A stretch of DNA of 64,000 bases from Lama glama (Eukaryota), in the NCBI GenBank assembly GCA_028534125.1, contig CM052816.1, forward strand, positions 3,908,001 to 3,972,000, read 5' to 3'. The translations under genes and the position numbers were made by a program. The notes beneath the pieces were generated by a model. The model saw only the letters and a list, made by a program, of their open reading frames with translations. It did not search any database and was not told where the DNA came from. Positions 12,344 through 26,980 of this stretch are shown piece by piece (positions within the stretch are counted from its first letter, which is position 1; each line of letters begins with the position of its first letter).

Positions 12344-15179
12344 CCCAAAAGAGTGTGAAGTGTGAAGAGTGCTGTCTCATAGTAAGTGGGTTCAATATTC
12401 ACTTTGGCTGTGTTTTATTTTCAACATGACACACATATTTATTTAAAATTGCCCTTCTCAGACCTGAATGACACCAGCAAGAGAATCTGCAAGTTTTGAC
12501 TTAAAAAGTCTCTTACACTGGCTGTAGCAGTGCTATGCTGTCACTGGTGGGTGTTATTTATTCATACTGGGGGCTCCTGTTTTAAGAAACAACTGAGACT
12601 TTTGAAAAGATATTATTTACTTTGTTTTTAGCAAAAATCAGAAAGTTTTTTTTTCTATCCATGAATGAATGGGCCAAGCACTCAAAAATAAAGGTCGCCA
12701 ACAATCTGCCCGGTTTCTGATGCTCTAGGAAGAGTGAACTCTCAATAGTGCTGATCAGGAAAAACATTCATATTTTGCCGCCAAGTCAAGGTGACTGGCA
12801 GTAATTACCCCACAGATGAGTTCTAATTTGTGCTGTAGCTCGTCATTTGTCACTTTCTCCACAGCTCTGAAGATCCCCAAAGGCCAGTTACTGTTACCAA
12901 GCCAGGCATGGGTGGGCTTGTTCCACAGGTATCTGCTGTGATGCAGTTTCTGGGTAAGACAGCCCCCCAAAGGCAAAAACAGATTGTGGGCCAGGGGGTG
13001 AAATGAATAATCTCAATGCCGAGGTCCCTCATGCACACTTTTGCCTTCTGAACACTTCCTTCGCTCGTCAGATCTTTGTTCCCTCTTCCTCCCGCATCAT
13101 TACTCTCCATAGGGTACCATGTGCATCACAGTTACGGCCTGTCTCAAATAAAAATGAAGTGTCTGTTGGTACCACACCTCCCCCTCTAGCTTTGCTTCAA
13201 TTCCTCTAGTCCCCTTCTCAGCAAAGTATCTTCAATGATGTATCAAGGGTCTTGGTTTCTACTTTCTCACCAGTACAACACCATCTGGTCTTTCCATGCT
13301 CACCTCTCCATGTTGACCACTGCAGAGCGTGCTCTTCCCGACAGCCATGAACATAACCCGAACCCAAACAAAAATATTCATGAAAGGAGGGCACCCCTTA
13401 GCTTAACAATAGCACCCCCTTTCTGCGCCTCATTTTACTGTTTAAAATGGCTAAGATATCTGAAGCAAAGATTTAGTCTGCTAATTACAACTGCTGTCCA
13501 TTCATTTTCTTTCAGTGCTGAAATTTTGTGAATCTTAAACATTATTATTATAGTTATAGTCACGGCGATTTCTGGAAATTTAAAGGAGTTTTGCTCAATG
13601 TGGCATTCTCTAAAATTAGGCCTAATTTCTTCTGGATAATAAATGCTTTCACAGAGATGGAAAAAAATTCCTGGTGAATTTCCAAAGTAAAAAGTGTAAC
13701 AGGCTCTTGTTAAATTAATTCTTAAATGGAGTGATTTTTCTAAATATAGGCTAGCCTTGGGCAGTCTTAATGCATTACTTACTTTTAAGTGATTAAAGGT
13801 AACTCCTACCAAATCAATACAAGAAGAGATACTAAAGAGGAAACATTAAAACTAAAATTAGCATTGCTAAGGATACATATAAAAATAATAGGAGATCATG
13901 TTTTTTTTCCTATAGAAGTCCAGCAGAATTATTGGAGGTTAAAGAAGAAGAAATGGGAAATTGGAAATGTAATTGGATTGGCAAGTACAGATATCTTTGA
14001 GAGGAAATTATATTCTTCCACAAATTATCTAAAAGACATGAATGCTAACACCAACATAAATGAAACCTGTTCTAATGTCTGGACAACTAAATTATGATCA
14101 ACTGTTAACTGTGCATTTAAACAGCAGATATCACTAATGATTAAGAATCGCCATTCCATCCCTCCGGGATGGCACAAAACATGCAAATCACTACATTTCT
14201 CAACATTTTATGAAATATCATCTTCATTAGGGTGTCTCAGGCTGAAAACACGGGCAAAGGTGTATACATGATTGAAATCTAGTAAGACCTGAAGGGAATA
14301 GAAGAGGAACATGCAACCCCGCCATTCAGAGCTCTTTAAGCTTGAAAGAGATGCATTAAGAGTGAACAAGATAAACTCTAATAGCCAACGAGTAGTAAAC
14401 TGAAGGCATTCACTACCCTGACAAAATGCTGAATGCTGTTTCAAAAGCTTCAACATATTTAATTCACAGGAGACAAAGTTAAGCCCCACAGTTCTGAAGG
14501 AACTAGCTAAAACAGCCCTATGTTCCCCCAAAGCATGTATGTTTCCTGTTAAATTGTGATTCCCATGTTTAAGGTTTAAATTATTAGTTGATGTATATAC
14601 ATCATTGGCAAGAAATATATAAAAAATAGCCTACATGGAAACATTACCTGTGGTGATCTAGACTACTCTCATTTCGGAGCAGACTGAAATGGGGAGGTGG
14701 AAAAAGCAGTTGAAGACAACTTCCTGGAGAAAGTCAATCAGTTGAGCCCTGACCAATAGCTTCCTGATGGACTGAGGTGGTGAGATGACAGCTAAGAACG
14801 ATAGAAAAAGCTGCCCATGCTGGGTGACTGTAGACCATCTCTCCTCACTGCATCATATATCTGTTAAAATTGTGTCAAAGTAAGTTAGGCAATTCAAATA
14901 ATGGGTAATCCCCCCCCCCATAAAAGTACTACAAAACAAAAACACTACTATGTTGATCTTGCGGACAGTCTTTGACAATACGTTTCTTAGATTTCACCAT
15001 GTTCTGTAACTTTGCTATGTACCATTATAATGTCACACAATCAGCCAGCTGAAGTTCAAAGAGGGCCCGGTTGAGAATACAAGTTCACTGTCAACACACC
15101 TACACATGCCCAACTCTGCCTCAGTGGTCTTGAGGCCTTGGCAATTAGTCACTAACACTGTTTGATTTTCTAATTATTA

Positions 15180-15335
15180 TTTTTTTTAATTTTATTTATT
15201 TTTTTGTTTATTTGGGGAAGTAGTTAGGTTTACTTATTTATCTATTTATTTTTTTGTCGGAGGTACTGGGGATTGAACCCAGGACCTCATGCATGCTAAG
15301 CATGTGCTCTACCATGTGAGCTATACCCTGCCCCC
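15180..15335 (-). mobile_element. tRNA-Ala-derived SINE (Vic-1-like, camelid)
   Basis: tRNA-like head with A/B boxes and an A-rich tail; perfect 15-bp TSD attttctaattatta at 15165-15179 and 15338-15352. Confidence 0.9.
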
Positions 15336-15677
15336 ATATTTTCTAATTATTAAGATAATTAAGGAAAAGAGTGTATTCTTGCAACAATGGCACAAAACTG
15401 ATGGGGACATGAAGTCAAAAGTCAACACAGGAAAAAGAGGTTAGTGTAGTCAACATGTCCTCCATCTTTTGTTCTGTAAAATTCAAAGATAATACTGTCA
15501 TCATCAGACCTAAAGGCATGGAGATGGGAGGAGCATGATATATCACCCTAAGGGGATGGGGGAACATTCCTCCAAGAATGTGAAAAGTGCAGTGGACAAT
15601 GGGAGGGGCAGCTTGCTTAGGGAGCCTTCCAAGTTGCGCAGGGTAATTTCATCTTCACAGAGTTGAATCAAGAACAT

Positions 15678-16113
15678 AATATCTTGCAGTAACCTATGGT
15701 GAAAAAGGATATGAAAGCAAATATATGTATGTTTCTATGTGATGGAAGTAATGTGCTGTACACCACAAAATGACACAGCATTGTAAACTGGCTATACTTC
15801 AAAAAATATATGAAAAACCTATACGTGGGAAGGGATAAATTGGGGATTTGCAAAGGTTAACCACTGCACATAAAAATAGACCTAAAAAAATCTATTCTGT
15901 ATAGCACAAGGAACTATATTCAATATCTTATAATAACCTTTAACGAAAAAGAATATGAAAACAAATATATGTATGTATATGCATGACCAGGACATTGTGC
16001 TGTACACCAGAAACTGACACAATGTAACTGACTATACTTCAATTAAAAAAAGAAAGGGCCAGACAGACCTAACCAGAAATCAGCTTTAAAAAATTAAAAT
16101 TAAAAAAAAAAAA
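15678..16113 (+). mobile_element. Lineage-specific L1 3' end with duplicated 3' UTR module
   Basis: Two successive copies of the taacct...gaaaaagaatatgaaa...tgtgctgtacacca...tatacttca module, followed by A tails. Confidence 0.85.
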
Positions 16114-17479
16114 GACCATTTTGAGGAGGGGAGTGACACATTAAAGTAGCATTTAAGAAGGATTAGGTGGGGAAGGCCAAGCCTGCAGAGGCCAATGGGA
16201 ATTAGAGGAGATTAAAGACGGCCTGAATGACAGGGGTTGAAGTAAAGAGGAAGCCAAGAGTGGCAGGAGAAACATTTAAAGGAGATACATTTCCCCAATG
16301 CAGTGAGAGACAAAACGCTGACTCAGAGTTAACCCTGCAAACCCTGGGTTCCCAGAGGCACTCTGCTAGAGACCAAGGTGGAGGCTTGCTTTCTGAATCC
16401 AGGTTCACCACCCCCCACTTCCCCAAAGGAACAATTTCAGCAGCAGGGACGTCACACACCTGCCGCTTCCATCTCTCTCTTCTCTCCTGCCTGTGGCTCT
16501 CATTCTGGATGTACATTGCTTCCAAGAGGAAACCATCACTCATGTGAAACATGTCCTAGACTTACAGCCCTCCTCGTTTTTCACTCCTTACTAAGCAACA
16601 TGAAAGGAATTCAGTGCTTCCCTACATCAATCCTAAAACGATTTACCTTAGTATACTATAAACAACTTACATTGTAATAAACAATTCCTAAAATAAATAT
16701 CTCCCAGAATGAATTTTAAAAAATCTGGTTGTACATGTTGGCAACACCAAAGCACCATCTGCTTGAATTGTTCTCAATCCTTCTTAAAATAATCTCTAGG
16801 CGTGGCAATATAGGCATGTTCTCCATATTTAGTAGAAAGCTAAGAAAACGAATTGAACATACTTGTAGTTGTAAGTTTCCTAAACAAGGGAAAAGCATGC
16901 CCCGGGACTAGGGTTGTGTAAAAATAGAAACTTAAGCTGGTAACTGCATGTCATTAAAAAAAAAAAAATCATTGTGTTTTTCCCCCAGTACATGAATCAT
17001 CCACTTGCTCCTTGCAAGTAGGAAAAAAAAATAGAATAAATCCTCTATTGGCCTCCCACTGAATCTTAGGAAATAGAGTCCAATTATTTTTAAATGCACA
17101 CTGGTTTGCTGACTCCATTAATATTCTACTTTCTCATTGCTCTTGTTAGGATGGTTCACAAAAACCCCATCCCTGCTCTTGGTTCCTATTGATGTCATAA
17201 AATGATCTCTCCTTAAAAAGTCCAAGAGAAAAAAAAAAAAACATCTTGCATCCACTTGCTCTCCCTTTTGGAGTATGTTCCAGCCTTGTATATTTCATAC
17301 TGACAATCCCATGCAGGTGACAAAAGGGTTCTCATGTCAACATTGACTGGAAACTTATTTGCAGACACCAGATCATAATAAATGAACAAAAAGCATAAAT
17401 CATGCATCAGGCACTGGCGTGCACAGAATAGTTACATGCTCTTCATGAAATATTATGCAAACTCCGAAAGCACTCTTAC

Positions 17480-17620
17480 ACAGGCAGGTTACCTCACCTC
17501 TCCAAGCCTCAGTTTCCTCATCTGTTACCTTGGGATAACAGGTTTACTTCTTAGGCTTCCAGCGAGGTTGAAAGGAGGTAAGGGACGTGAAACTCTTAAC
17601 TCTGTCTGCCACACAAGGAC
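17480..17620 (+). mobile_element. MIR SINE
   Basis: ggcaggttacctcacctctccaagcctcagtttcctcatctgt. Confidence 0.7.
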
Positions 17621-19779
17621 TGTTCCACCTTCTTCATCAGCAACTCGCATCCCTCTGTTAGAGAGCTGTTCTCAGTCCCATAGTCCCTACCCTTCCCAGC
17701 AATCCTGTTTTGCACCAGCCTTTCTGCTTTTCTTCCTGGCGTTGCCAACCAGGAGTCCCCTGCCATAGAGCAGTGCCTCGTGAGTCCTGTGTCTAATACA
17801 TAATTATTCTCCCAAGGTCACTGAGCAGAATCTGCAGTCCTAATCTTGGACGCAGGTTTCTGGAGAGTGACTGACCTTTAAGGAAGGTGCCCTCGGAGAG
17901 CACCTGACTCAAACCGTGAAATGCCAAATCATTAACAATTTAAAGCAGAAAAGAATTTAACCAAGTTAGACAACCTGTAATAGCGCTTGTGACTGGGGCC
18001 ATTAGGACCATTTTGGTGTATTTCAGGCCAAACTAATGACTGTATAGAGAAAGCACCTGAAAACAAGGAGACTGATTCAGCTTTTCTATTTCCATTTTAA
18101 AACCCATTTGGAATTTCTCTGGTGTGTCTTCCTAGATTGACATTTTTTTCCACATCAATCCATTCTAATTAGTCAAATAGTTTTTAACCCCCAAAGTCTA
18201 TTAAAAATACCTTTGCACACTGACTGTCCAGAGTTCGCAGAGCAGAAAAGCTAATGATAGAAACATAAAATTCGTTTTTTTACATCACTATCAAATATCT
18301 ATAAAGGCTAACATGGCAAACATAAATGAGTGGCGTGGACGGGGTCATGCGACAGGGAGTGGTGAGGACTGCGGGGAAACAAAGGGCACAGGCACTTCCT
18401 CTAAAGGCTTTCCGTATTAACAATGACAAAAAAATCTCAGTGTCCTGAAAGCCCAATAACACAATCCGACAGCCAGTTTGGTCAATTAACAGTCCGTGAT
18501 TCCTAATCTAACCCAAACCTTTCATTTCACAAGTGGAAATTTAACGCAGAGAAATCTAAGTGAACTGCCGCAGGCCACGTTAGATACAGATCTGCCACTA
18601 GGACCTCCTGACTCCTAATCCAAAGCCCGCAATTTCCTCTTCAGTTTCCTCCTGTAACCTTAGGAGACATGAGAAAGCACAATGTCATAAACCCAAGTCT
18701 CTGTGGAATATCAACTATGTTCTCAACTCAGTTCTAAGGCCTGGGTTGGGCAAAGAAATCATCAGTTTATACCCCTTGCTATGAAGTGGGTAATAATCTG
18801 TTATCTCTTTTGTTAAACCAAACCCTCTCTCATACACACAGCTACCCACAAACACCCACACAGCTGAGAGCTAGACGGGGCCCCAGGGGATCATCTGGTC
18901 TACCTCACTGCTGCAGGGAGATGAAGTGTTACTGCTATTTAAGAAACGATGCTCCAGAGGCCCCCAAAGAATGAGAAAATTACTTTGAGTAACAAAGAAG
19001 CCTTTCCTCCTGCTTTTTAGGACAGGGTTTTCTCTGGAAGAGACACTGCATACTGGAAGATAAAAAATAATAAATATAGTTACGTACTGTCACATACAAG
19101 ACAGACTATTCCTGAGGAAGACGCTGAAGAGAAATCCCAGTTTTTTTGTCAGTAAAAGCTAGAGCGAGTCTTAGTGCTTCCCAAGAAGTTTCTCATCTAA
19201 AGGGAAAAAAAAAAGTATTTAAAGTGCCAAAGAACTAAGAACAATGGTTTCCACATAAGATTCCATAGCATTTCTGAAGGTCAAACATAGATGAGGCACG
19301 CTGTTTATCCCTGGCACAATGCTTACGCCGCATTAACGAACCTGAAAGGCACCACCAGGAACTATCTGGTTTACAATAGCAAGCACAGCAGAGTGGAACA
19401 CACCAGACACCACTTGTGGTGGGTGGGGGGAGGCACGCGCTCTACCGTGGCCAAGCCTGCCCCTGACTTCCTGCCTGGCTGAGGTTAGGACCAGTCACTA
19501 TGGCTGCTGCGGAGCAGATCCAGGGGGGACCGTCCACACTGTACGAGGCAGCAGGAGAGAGTGTCTAAATGAACCTCCCTCATCCAAGATCCATGACTGA
19601 GTGATGTTCTGCAGAGTCAGATATGCCATGAAGCTACATGACTGTTTCTGTGTTAGAATTAGCAATTTAATTGGACTGAGTCTTTTGAATTAATCTGATA
19701 TCCTTCATGCTCGTTTGTCTGCTGAGTGCTATCTGTCTTGGCTTCTGCATCACAATTTCTTCCTCCTCTGGCCCCAGGT

Positions 19780-21150
19780 TTAGAAGAAATATACTCTTAA
19801 GCTTTTTGTTTTATTTGCTTATTTTAAAAATATTCTTAATGTCACACTTCACTTACTGTGAAAGTGAAGAGAGAAATGGTATTTTTTTCCACTGTGTTTA
19901 TGTAATACACAGAATTTTGTCCACATTTACATCTTCATGCCCTCCCCTTTCTGCATCCCCTGCCTACCCTTTTGGGGTCTTTGTGATGCAATCCGGCATT
20001 TTGGATATCATTTTCACATACTACACCCATTTTTTTTTACCTGTTTACAATTGTGTTTTATAATTTTCAGGAAACTTTCAGAAATATTTCCCCCGTAAAT
20101 GGTTTTAAAGCTTACCTATCAGTCATTTTATATCACATCCCTCTCATCTGAGGATTCATTTGTCCTTAGTTTTCTGGTGTCTGGATCAAACAGGGAAGGC
20201 AGAAGAGATATTTTGTGAGGCTTAGAATAGTAATAAAGCATATTAGTTTTTCTCTTATAAGGTAAACAACTTCATTGACTATAACATTCTTGGGGTTCAC
20301 TGGTCCCTTCAGAAGTGTCTAGCTAGTCCACTGTTTTCTGCTTTACTCTAAAGAAGAATCCTTTGAGCAGCATGACTTTTGTTCTTTTGTAAGATTTTTG
20401 TGTTTCCACACTGCAAACATATTGTGCCTGGGATGTATCTGTGTGTGGTTGTCTTTTATTTTATCCGGCTCTCAGGGAAACCTTTAAGTACGTCCAACTC
20501 CGAAAAATCTTCCTCGATTATGTCTTTGATGTGTTAGTCTTGGCTTTAGTCTGTTCCTCAGGAATTTCTACAGTTCTTGGAAACAAGTTCTATAACCCAT
20601 TCTCTATCCTCTGTGTAATTATCTTTATTTTCTTCTGCTTTGTCACTTTTTCTTTCTTATTCATCCTGGGAAAGCATTTCGTTTTTACTCTTCACTTCAG
20701 CTGATTTACTATTTCTCGATATGAATCTTTGCTGATTCCCTAGCGGGTTTTACTTCCATCATTGCCCTTTTAGTTCCCTTACAGTGGTTCCTATGTCATT
20801 TCCCTTGGTTCTAAGACCTTTTTTCTCACCTGACCTGTCCCTGTGCACTTCCATGCTTCTGTCATAGAGAAATCACAGTAACCTTTCCCCATTTCACCGC
20901 CACCTACCCCTCAGTCTTCTAAATCTTTCTTCTGGTTTGTAAAGTACATCACTTCCTATAGTGCTTTTTCTCACGTCTTCACGGTGATGGGTGATATTTC
21001 TGTTCCTTATCTTGTAGGGGTGTTTTTTCTTTCCCCCCGCCTTTCTATAGGTTCTGTATTGCCTCTATTCACACAAAAAGAAAAGACCTGCCTAGATGTG
21101 ATGCTGCCCTCAGGTGCGTCCTCTGCCCCCCACGGACACTGACTGACTGC
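19780..21150 (-). mobile_element. Highly decayed L1/HAL1-like 5'/ORF1 region
   Basis: Long T-rich strand-biased tract with motifs such as ttgactataacattcttggg, ctgttttctgctt and gaaaaatcttcctcgattatgtctttga. Confidence 0.5.
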
Positions 21151-21404
21151 CTTGCTCACAACTGTAGCTTAAAGTTTCCTGCAGATGTTGGGAAGACGCT
21201 CATGTTTCACACTGTGAACATGTGAAATTCATGAAGGACAACTTTTTTGCAGTTTGCTTGACTATACATGAATCCTTGTGCCTTTTCTTGCTTAAAGAGC
21301 TTTATATATGGGAACTGCATCTCCCAAAACACAGCATGCCTTGGCTCTTTCCCTATTTCTGGCAGGTTTTTTTTTTTCCTGAGATTATAGCCTCTCACTA
21401 GTTT

Positions 21405-21421
21405 ATATGTGTGTCTATGTG

Positions 21422-21466
<45 letters not shown>

Positions 21467-21600
21467 ATGCCTATATATGTGTGTGTGTGTACAGATGTAT
21501 GTGTATGGCCATGTATAAATATGTGTATATGTATGTCTATGTGTATGTGTGCATATATGTCTCATGCACATACATATGTGTACATATGCATGTGTGTGTT
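21405..21600. repeat. (TA)n microsatellite with degenerate TATG/TG low-complexity extension
   Basis: Visible alternating purine-pyrimidine tract. Confidence 0.95.
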
Positions 21601-22939
21601 CCCTGCAGGGGAAGAGAATTGAAGAGCAGACTGACTCAAAAACAGCACCCACGCAGAAAAGAAGAGGAAATGTTCATCTTCCCAGATGCTACTGATACTG
21701 GATTTTACATCCAGGGCACAAATATGGGTCCAAAGTTAAAGCATCACCTAAGGAACTTCTAAAGGAGAGGGAGGGGTTCTCTATTCCCGACGGCTTAACA
21801 TACAGTATCTTTAACTGGGTCCTTTAACGCAGTTTAATAAACTTTAAAGGTTCATGAAAATTCCTCCAGGAGTCTGGTGAGAGATTGATTGCCATTCCTA
21901 GTTCGATGATGGGATAATTCCTCATCCTCAGCCATATCTTAGACATTTTAGGAGAGAGTTAAGAAAGGCTAAGTAAGATGCCATTTTTAAACCACAAGTC
22001 TGTGTTTTTACATTTCCTTCTTCCAGATGTTTACAACTCTAAAGATTAAAGCTATCTGAGATATAACCTGGTTCTGGGTGCCTTTGAAACTGTCCATTTT
22101 ATCAGCAGGTACCAGGATGCCCACAGGGGACGAGTAGCGTACTCGAGGCCCCAGAGCTTGTGACAAAGCCCAGACCATAACTCAAGTGTCCTGACTTTAA
22201 TAAGGATGAGACTCCACATGGTTGTGGAAAGAAAACGGTAATGATAGCTATTTAGGAAAAGCTACCAAGTATGTGTGTACCTTTGCCTTACCGATCCTCA
22301 GGGAAAAGAAATTGTGGTTCTCATTATTCCTGAAGCACTCTCCTGTTACTAACAATGGCCAGTTCCTATTTCTTATCCTCTGAAATGAGAGGAAACCCCA
22401 CAAAGGTAGGAAGGCTGTCCTCATACACAGAGGGGAAGACGACCTTCCTAGCATTCTGCATACAAGACTAAAAAGATATAGTGAACCTCTACAGAGCCTT
22501 TGAAAGTCACACACATGCTGGATTTCTTTTTTTTTTTCCCCAAATGCTCATGGCTAACAGCAGCCTAGAGATGGAACAAAGGTTTTTCAATTCATGCAAC
22601 TGCCAGACACTTTTCCATCCAACTATAACCCAGGCACAGCCCCAAAGCCAATTCTGCGAAGTGCCACATTCTTTCTAAATATTCCGTGGATTGCACTATG
22701 CATTAAAAAAATGTAGCCCTGAAGCTAATAATAAGACAGTCACTGAAAACATGTTCCTTTTGAATTGCTTCTGGTTGTTAATGAGCCTTGGAGAAATGTA
22801 GCAAGAAAGAGCACTTTTCAGATTCCAAATTCTCATACACTGACCATCCTGAAGCAAAAGTCACTCTAAAGTCAAGAGGCTCCCCAGACTTCTGCTGTTA
22901 TAATCCCAGAAAAATGCAGTAAATTCAGCTCCATGAGAT

Positions 22940-23290
22940 GCACCTGTGATTGCTTTCCCAACATCTCCATCACTTCCCTTGGGATGAAACTCATTTTCAT
23001 TTTGCTCTCATACCTCCCTGCCCAGGCCTTGGGTACCAGGCATGGGACTCCTGACTCATGCCCAAACCAATGACTGCAATCACGCTCCCTTTGCCACAGT
23101 TACTGGTCCAGAGATGGGCGTGTGATGGCATTCAGGCCAGCAAGACAGATGGTGAGTTTGGCTGGGTGCTCCTGAGAAAAGCTTCCGGGTCTTCTGAAAG
23201 ATCACCACAAGCAACAACCACTTCCTTACAGAAGATGAACAAGGAAGAGAGAAGGGAGAGTTGCACCATCCTCAGTGCATATGCAAGACT
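22940..23290 (+). mobile_element. Old MaLR LTR fragment (MLT1-like)
   Basis: ctcatgcccaaaccaatgactgcaatc...ttactggtccagagatgggcgtgtga...caggcca. Confidence 0.45.
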
Positions 23291-25224
23291 TGTCAGGGAA
23301 ATGATGAGGGACTCCCAAGAAAGTTTAATTGCCAATCAAGTGAGAAGGCATGTTTTTAGAGAATAATTCCTTAGGATTAAATATGACTTTCTCCAGACAT
23401 CTGCAAAGGGAATAGCGTCCACAGCAAGAGACTCATCCTCGTTGTTCGGTAAAGTTATCATTCTTCTCAGGAAGAGAGGTCCTGGAAATATTGGGAGATT
23501 TGAAAATAATAACTATTCTTTTTGACATTTAGCTGATCAATGTAATTTGAACTGTCATTCAAATAGACTAAAAAAGCCTAGGTAACTTTATGAGAAGTAG
23601 TGGGCTCAGGAGAACAGATCGAAATTATTTTTCTGTATTTTTCTTTTGGGCTTCCAATGACACAAAGGCAATGCTATTCCAGGACACTTTTTTTCATCGC
23701 ATTTTCAAAACGTGAAACAAAGGTTGCCGTGGTAATCACTGACTTCCATGATAAAAGTTATAAATCAAAGCAAAGAGTAATACTTTTAGAATTATGCAAG
23801 TTGATTTAGCATTACCAGGGAAGGCTAGAAACAGATAACCTGAAATCTGACATTTAGAGGTCAGTAGAGAAAAGATTACTGTTTGCATGGGAAAGCTATT
23901 TATGCAATTAACTGAAATTAATTATGCTTGTATAAATTTTATAAACACTTTACAGATCTGGATTTTGGCTAATTAAGCTTTAATTTAGTCGAGAAAACTA
24001 CACCGTGTAAGCTTTTATGAGAAACCCCTGGCCATCCATTGAAAGGAAAGAGGTAAAAATCATAGTTTTTAGGAACCATCTGGAGAAATAAACAGTTTTG
24101 GAGAGCAGCAAAGACAGAAATTACAGTCAATTATCCAAGATGTAAAGCAATAGTTTGAGGTTATGCTGTCCTTCATTTTCTCAAGAGTACCCCTTAATTA
24201 AATGCAAATAATCAAAAATGGCAATTAATGGATTGCTAGAATTCCCTGATTAGGTAATGGAGCCCATTTACGATACTTTAAGATTGCTGTGGACTCTGCA
24301 AAAAACCCAAATGGAATGTATATTCATACATTGCTCTCCAACGCATCCTTTACTGAAAAATTTTCTACAATGTTGCCATCTCAGAGGCCAGCCAATAAGG
24401 TTAACAGCCATCACACCATCACCAATATTTCCAGGGCATCTGGACAATCAGTCTTCCTGACAGATAGGGATACTGACTTTGAATGAACCAGCTATAGGCA
24501 TGGGGCTTCCAAAAGGGCGAGGCTTTTGAACTAACTTACGTGAGCATCAAATCACACACATCAGGAACAAACCATTAAAGGTCAAATGGCTTCTCGTAAA
24601 TGACAGAGGACAGAGCTGGGTGCCAAGTGCAAGTGTGTTGTTCCCTCACTGCCTCTTAGGAGCGTTTCTTCCTCCCATGAATACCGAAGAGCAACTCCCT
24701 CTTCTCACCACCACAGGAGACTGCCTACACCCTGCCTTCTCCCCACTGGGGTCTTTGAAGTTGCTCTTCTCTAAGTCTGGAATCTTCAGCTGCCTCAATT
24801 CATTCTTCAGGCTCCTGCTAAACTTCACCTCTCCAGAGACGTGTATGCTGATCTGGGTCTGAAGCGAGCCATGCCCCGTTATATGTTGTCACATCTCTCT
24901 CTTTACTTCCATCGGAGGACATACCACAATACACAATTATTTCGTTTATTTAGTAGTTGGCTTCTTTATAGGCTTTATTGTTTCCTGTGTTTCACACAGT
25001 TCTGTTTCAAGTTGAATCAGCAATAATGTGTTGGAAAAAAATAATGGAGTGATTACAGTTCTTGTAGCAGGGGTGATTTTTCAGCCACACCCAAATGAAA
25101 TATGCTTTCAAGATTGCATTAGTCATTCATTTAAAAGTGAGCTTGTGACCCTGTGCTGAATTTTAGCAATTGAATCCTTTTCTCTTCTTTGAAAGGCAAC
25201 TCTCCAAGCATTCAAGTTGACAAC

Positions 25225-25435
25225 AATAATAGTAAGCATTCACTGGGTGTCCACCATGCTCTCCTTTCTGGTTGGCTCCAATCTTGAACACAACTCTGCA
25301 CAGCAGGTATTATGAATCCCATTACTAGAAATGAGTAAACCAAAGCTCAAAGAGTTAAGCTACTTCTCCAATAACACCTGGCTCAACAGTAGCAGAGTTG
25401 AGGTTGGAACCCAGGTCTGTCTTCCCTAAAGCCTG
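25225..25435 (-). mobile_element. MIR SINE
   Basis: gcaggtattatgaatccccattactagaaatgagtaaaccaaagctca...gaacccaggtctgtct. Confidence 0.7.
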
Positions 25436-25949
25436 TTAAATCATACCTCCCCCTTCTCTGACATCACATTTTTTCATACATCAGGATCCTTCCAAAGCAT
25501 CAATTGGCACCACGGCTTCAGAACTCTGGACAATGACAGCATGGCAGAAAATGAGCCAAGAAGCTGGGCAGTCTAGACTGAGAGGATGTGCTCCAGCGTA
25601 ATTAGGTCTGCCGGCACTGAGGTCTCCGAACCTCTTTAAATTCAGTAAATGATTTGTCCAACATGAGAGAAGAGAATCAATAAGTCCCATTAGAAAACAC
25701 AAAGAGAAAACAATTTCTTGGTATATTCTGTAGGAGGTACACTACCAGCTGGGGGTAAGAAGTATTCATCCTAATGTGCGTGCACTTAGAAGGTCTAGAA
25801 ATCATCGTAGGGAGACTGCAAACTATCAGTGTTCTCCACGTGCCCTGCTGCTGACTCTTTGAACCATCCCAGTAATGCCCCAGCATGGGGACTGGAGGCT
25901 CTGAGGAATGAAGACCTTGACCTCTCAGCCTGCAGAGTATTGTGAGAGG

Positions 25950-26190
25950 GTGTATGGCAGAGCTGTTAGAAGCTCAGGGTTCAGTTTCCCTCCATATCCC
26001 ATCTCTGCCATTTACTGCAACTATGGGAGGAGTGACTGGATCGTTCTTCTAAGCCTCAGTTTACTCATCTGGGAAAGGGGGATAATTATAGGATCCGTCT
26101 TCTAGGTTTGTTATAGTGATTAAATAATAAACTCCATGTTAGGGGCTCAGTACCATGTCCGACATAGAATAAGCTCTCAGTACAAGTCAT
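25950..26190 (+). mobile_element. MIR SINE
   Basis: ctaagcctcagtttactcatctgggaaagggggataat. Confidence 0.7.
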
Positions 26191-26829
26191 CCTACCAACG
26201 ACAATAATACATGCAAATCCTGCCTTTAGGGGACCTATGAGTAGCCAAATTCAGTAGGTGCCAATGGAAAAAGCAAAAGACTTACTGTAAACAGCCTCCC
26301 TTTTCTAATGCAGGAAGTATTTGTATTACACGTGGGAATTACAGTCTGTATTCATCCTTACAGATGAGGTCCCTAATTCAACCATGATGTAGCCAATGGT
26401 CCTCAAAGAAAGCAGCTGTCCTGAGACATCCTTATTTCTTTTCTATTTATGATTTTTCTTCTTTTTTTCTCCTTTTAGCTCATTATTATTTTTTTGAATC
26501 TCACAAGTATTACATAAGTACATTCTTCTAGCGAAAAGGCAATAGAAGATGGTCCAACAAGGAAAAGTTGACTTCCATTGGCCCCTCCCGCCTGCCTTAC
26601 CATCCCACCTCCCACCACTGCCCAACTCCCTTCGCAGAGGAAACTACCGTTATCAGATTTTCTAAAGATCCACATACATTACTAGATTGCCATCATCTCT
26701 TTTTCCTTTGTTCCGTTTCACTTTTAGTATTTGTACATCACCATGTCTTGGAAGCCCCCCCCCTTTGTACCAAATCACCCTTCACAAGTTCTTGCAGCAT
26801 CGTCTTACCATGGCGGCGTTTTCCCATGT

Positions 26830-26980
26830 ACTTGTTTGATCACGTGACTACGTCCCCTCACTAGACAGTAAGCTCTCAGAGGAGGGGCTGCAGTTACTTC
26901 TGTTCCCTGTTGTACCTCCAGCACCTCGTCCAGTGCTTGGCCCACAGGAAGAACTCAGCAAATACCTGTTGAGTGAATGC
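26830..26980 (+). mobile_element. L2 3' end
   Basis: cactagacagtaagctc...cagtgcttggcccacaggaagaactcagcaaatacctgttgagtgaatg. Confidence 0.75.

Noticed and set aside
21398..21762. ORFs with YIYIY/CVCV repeats (also 6607-6912)
   Set aside because: Translations of microsatellites.
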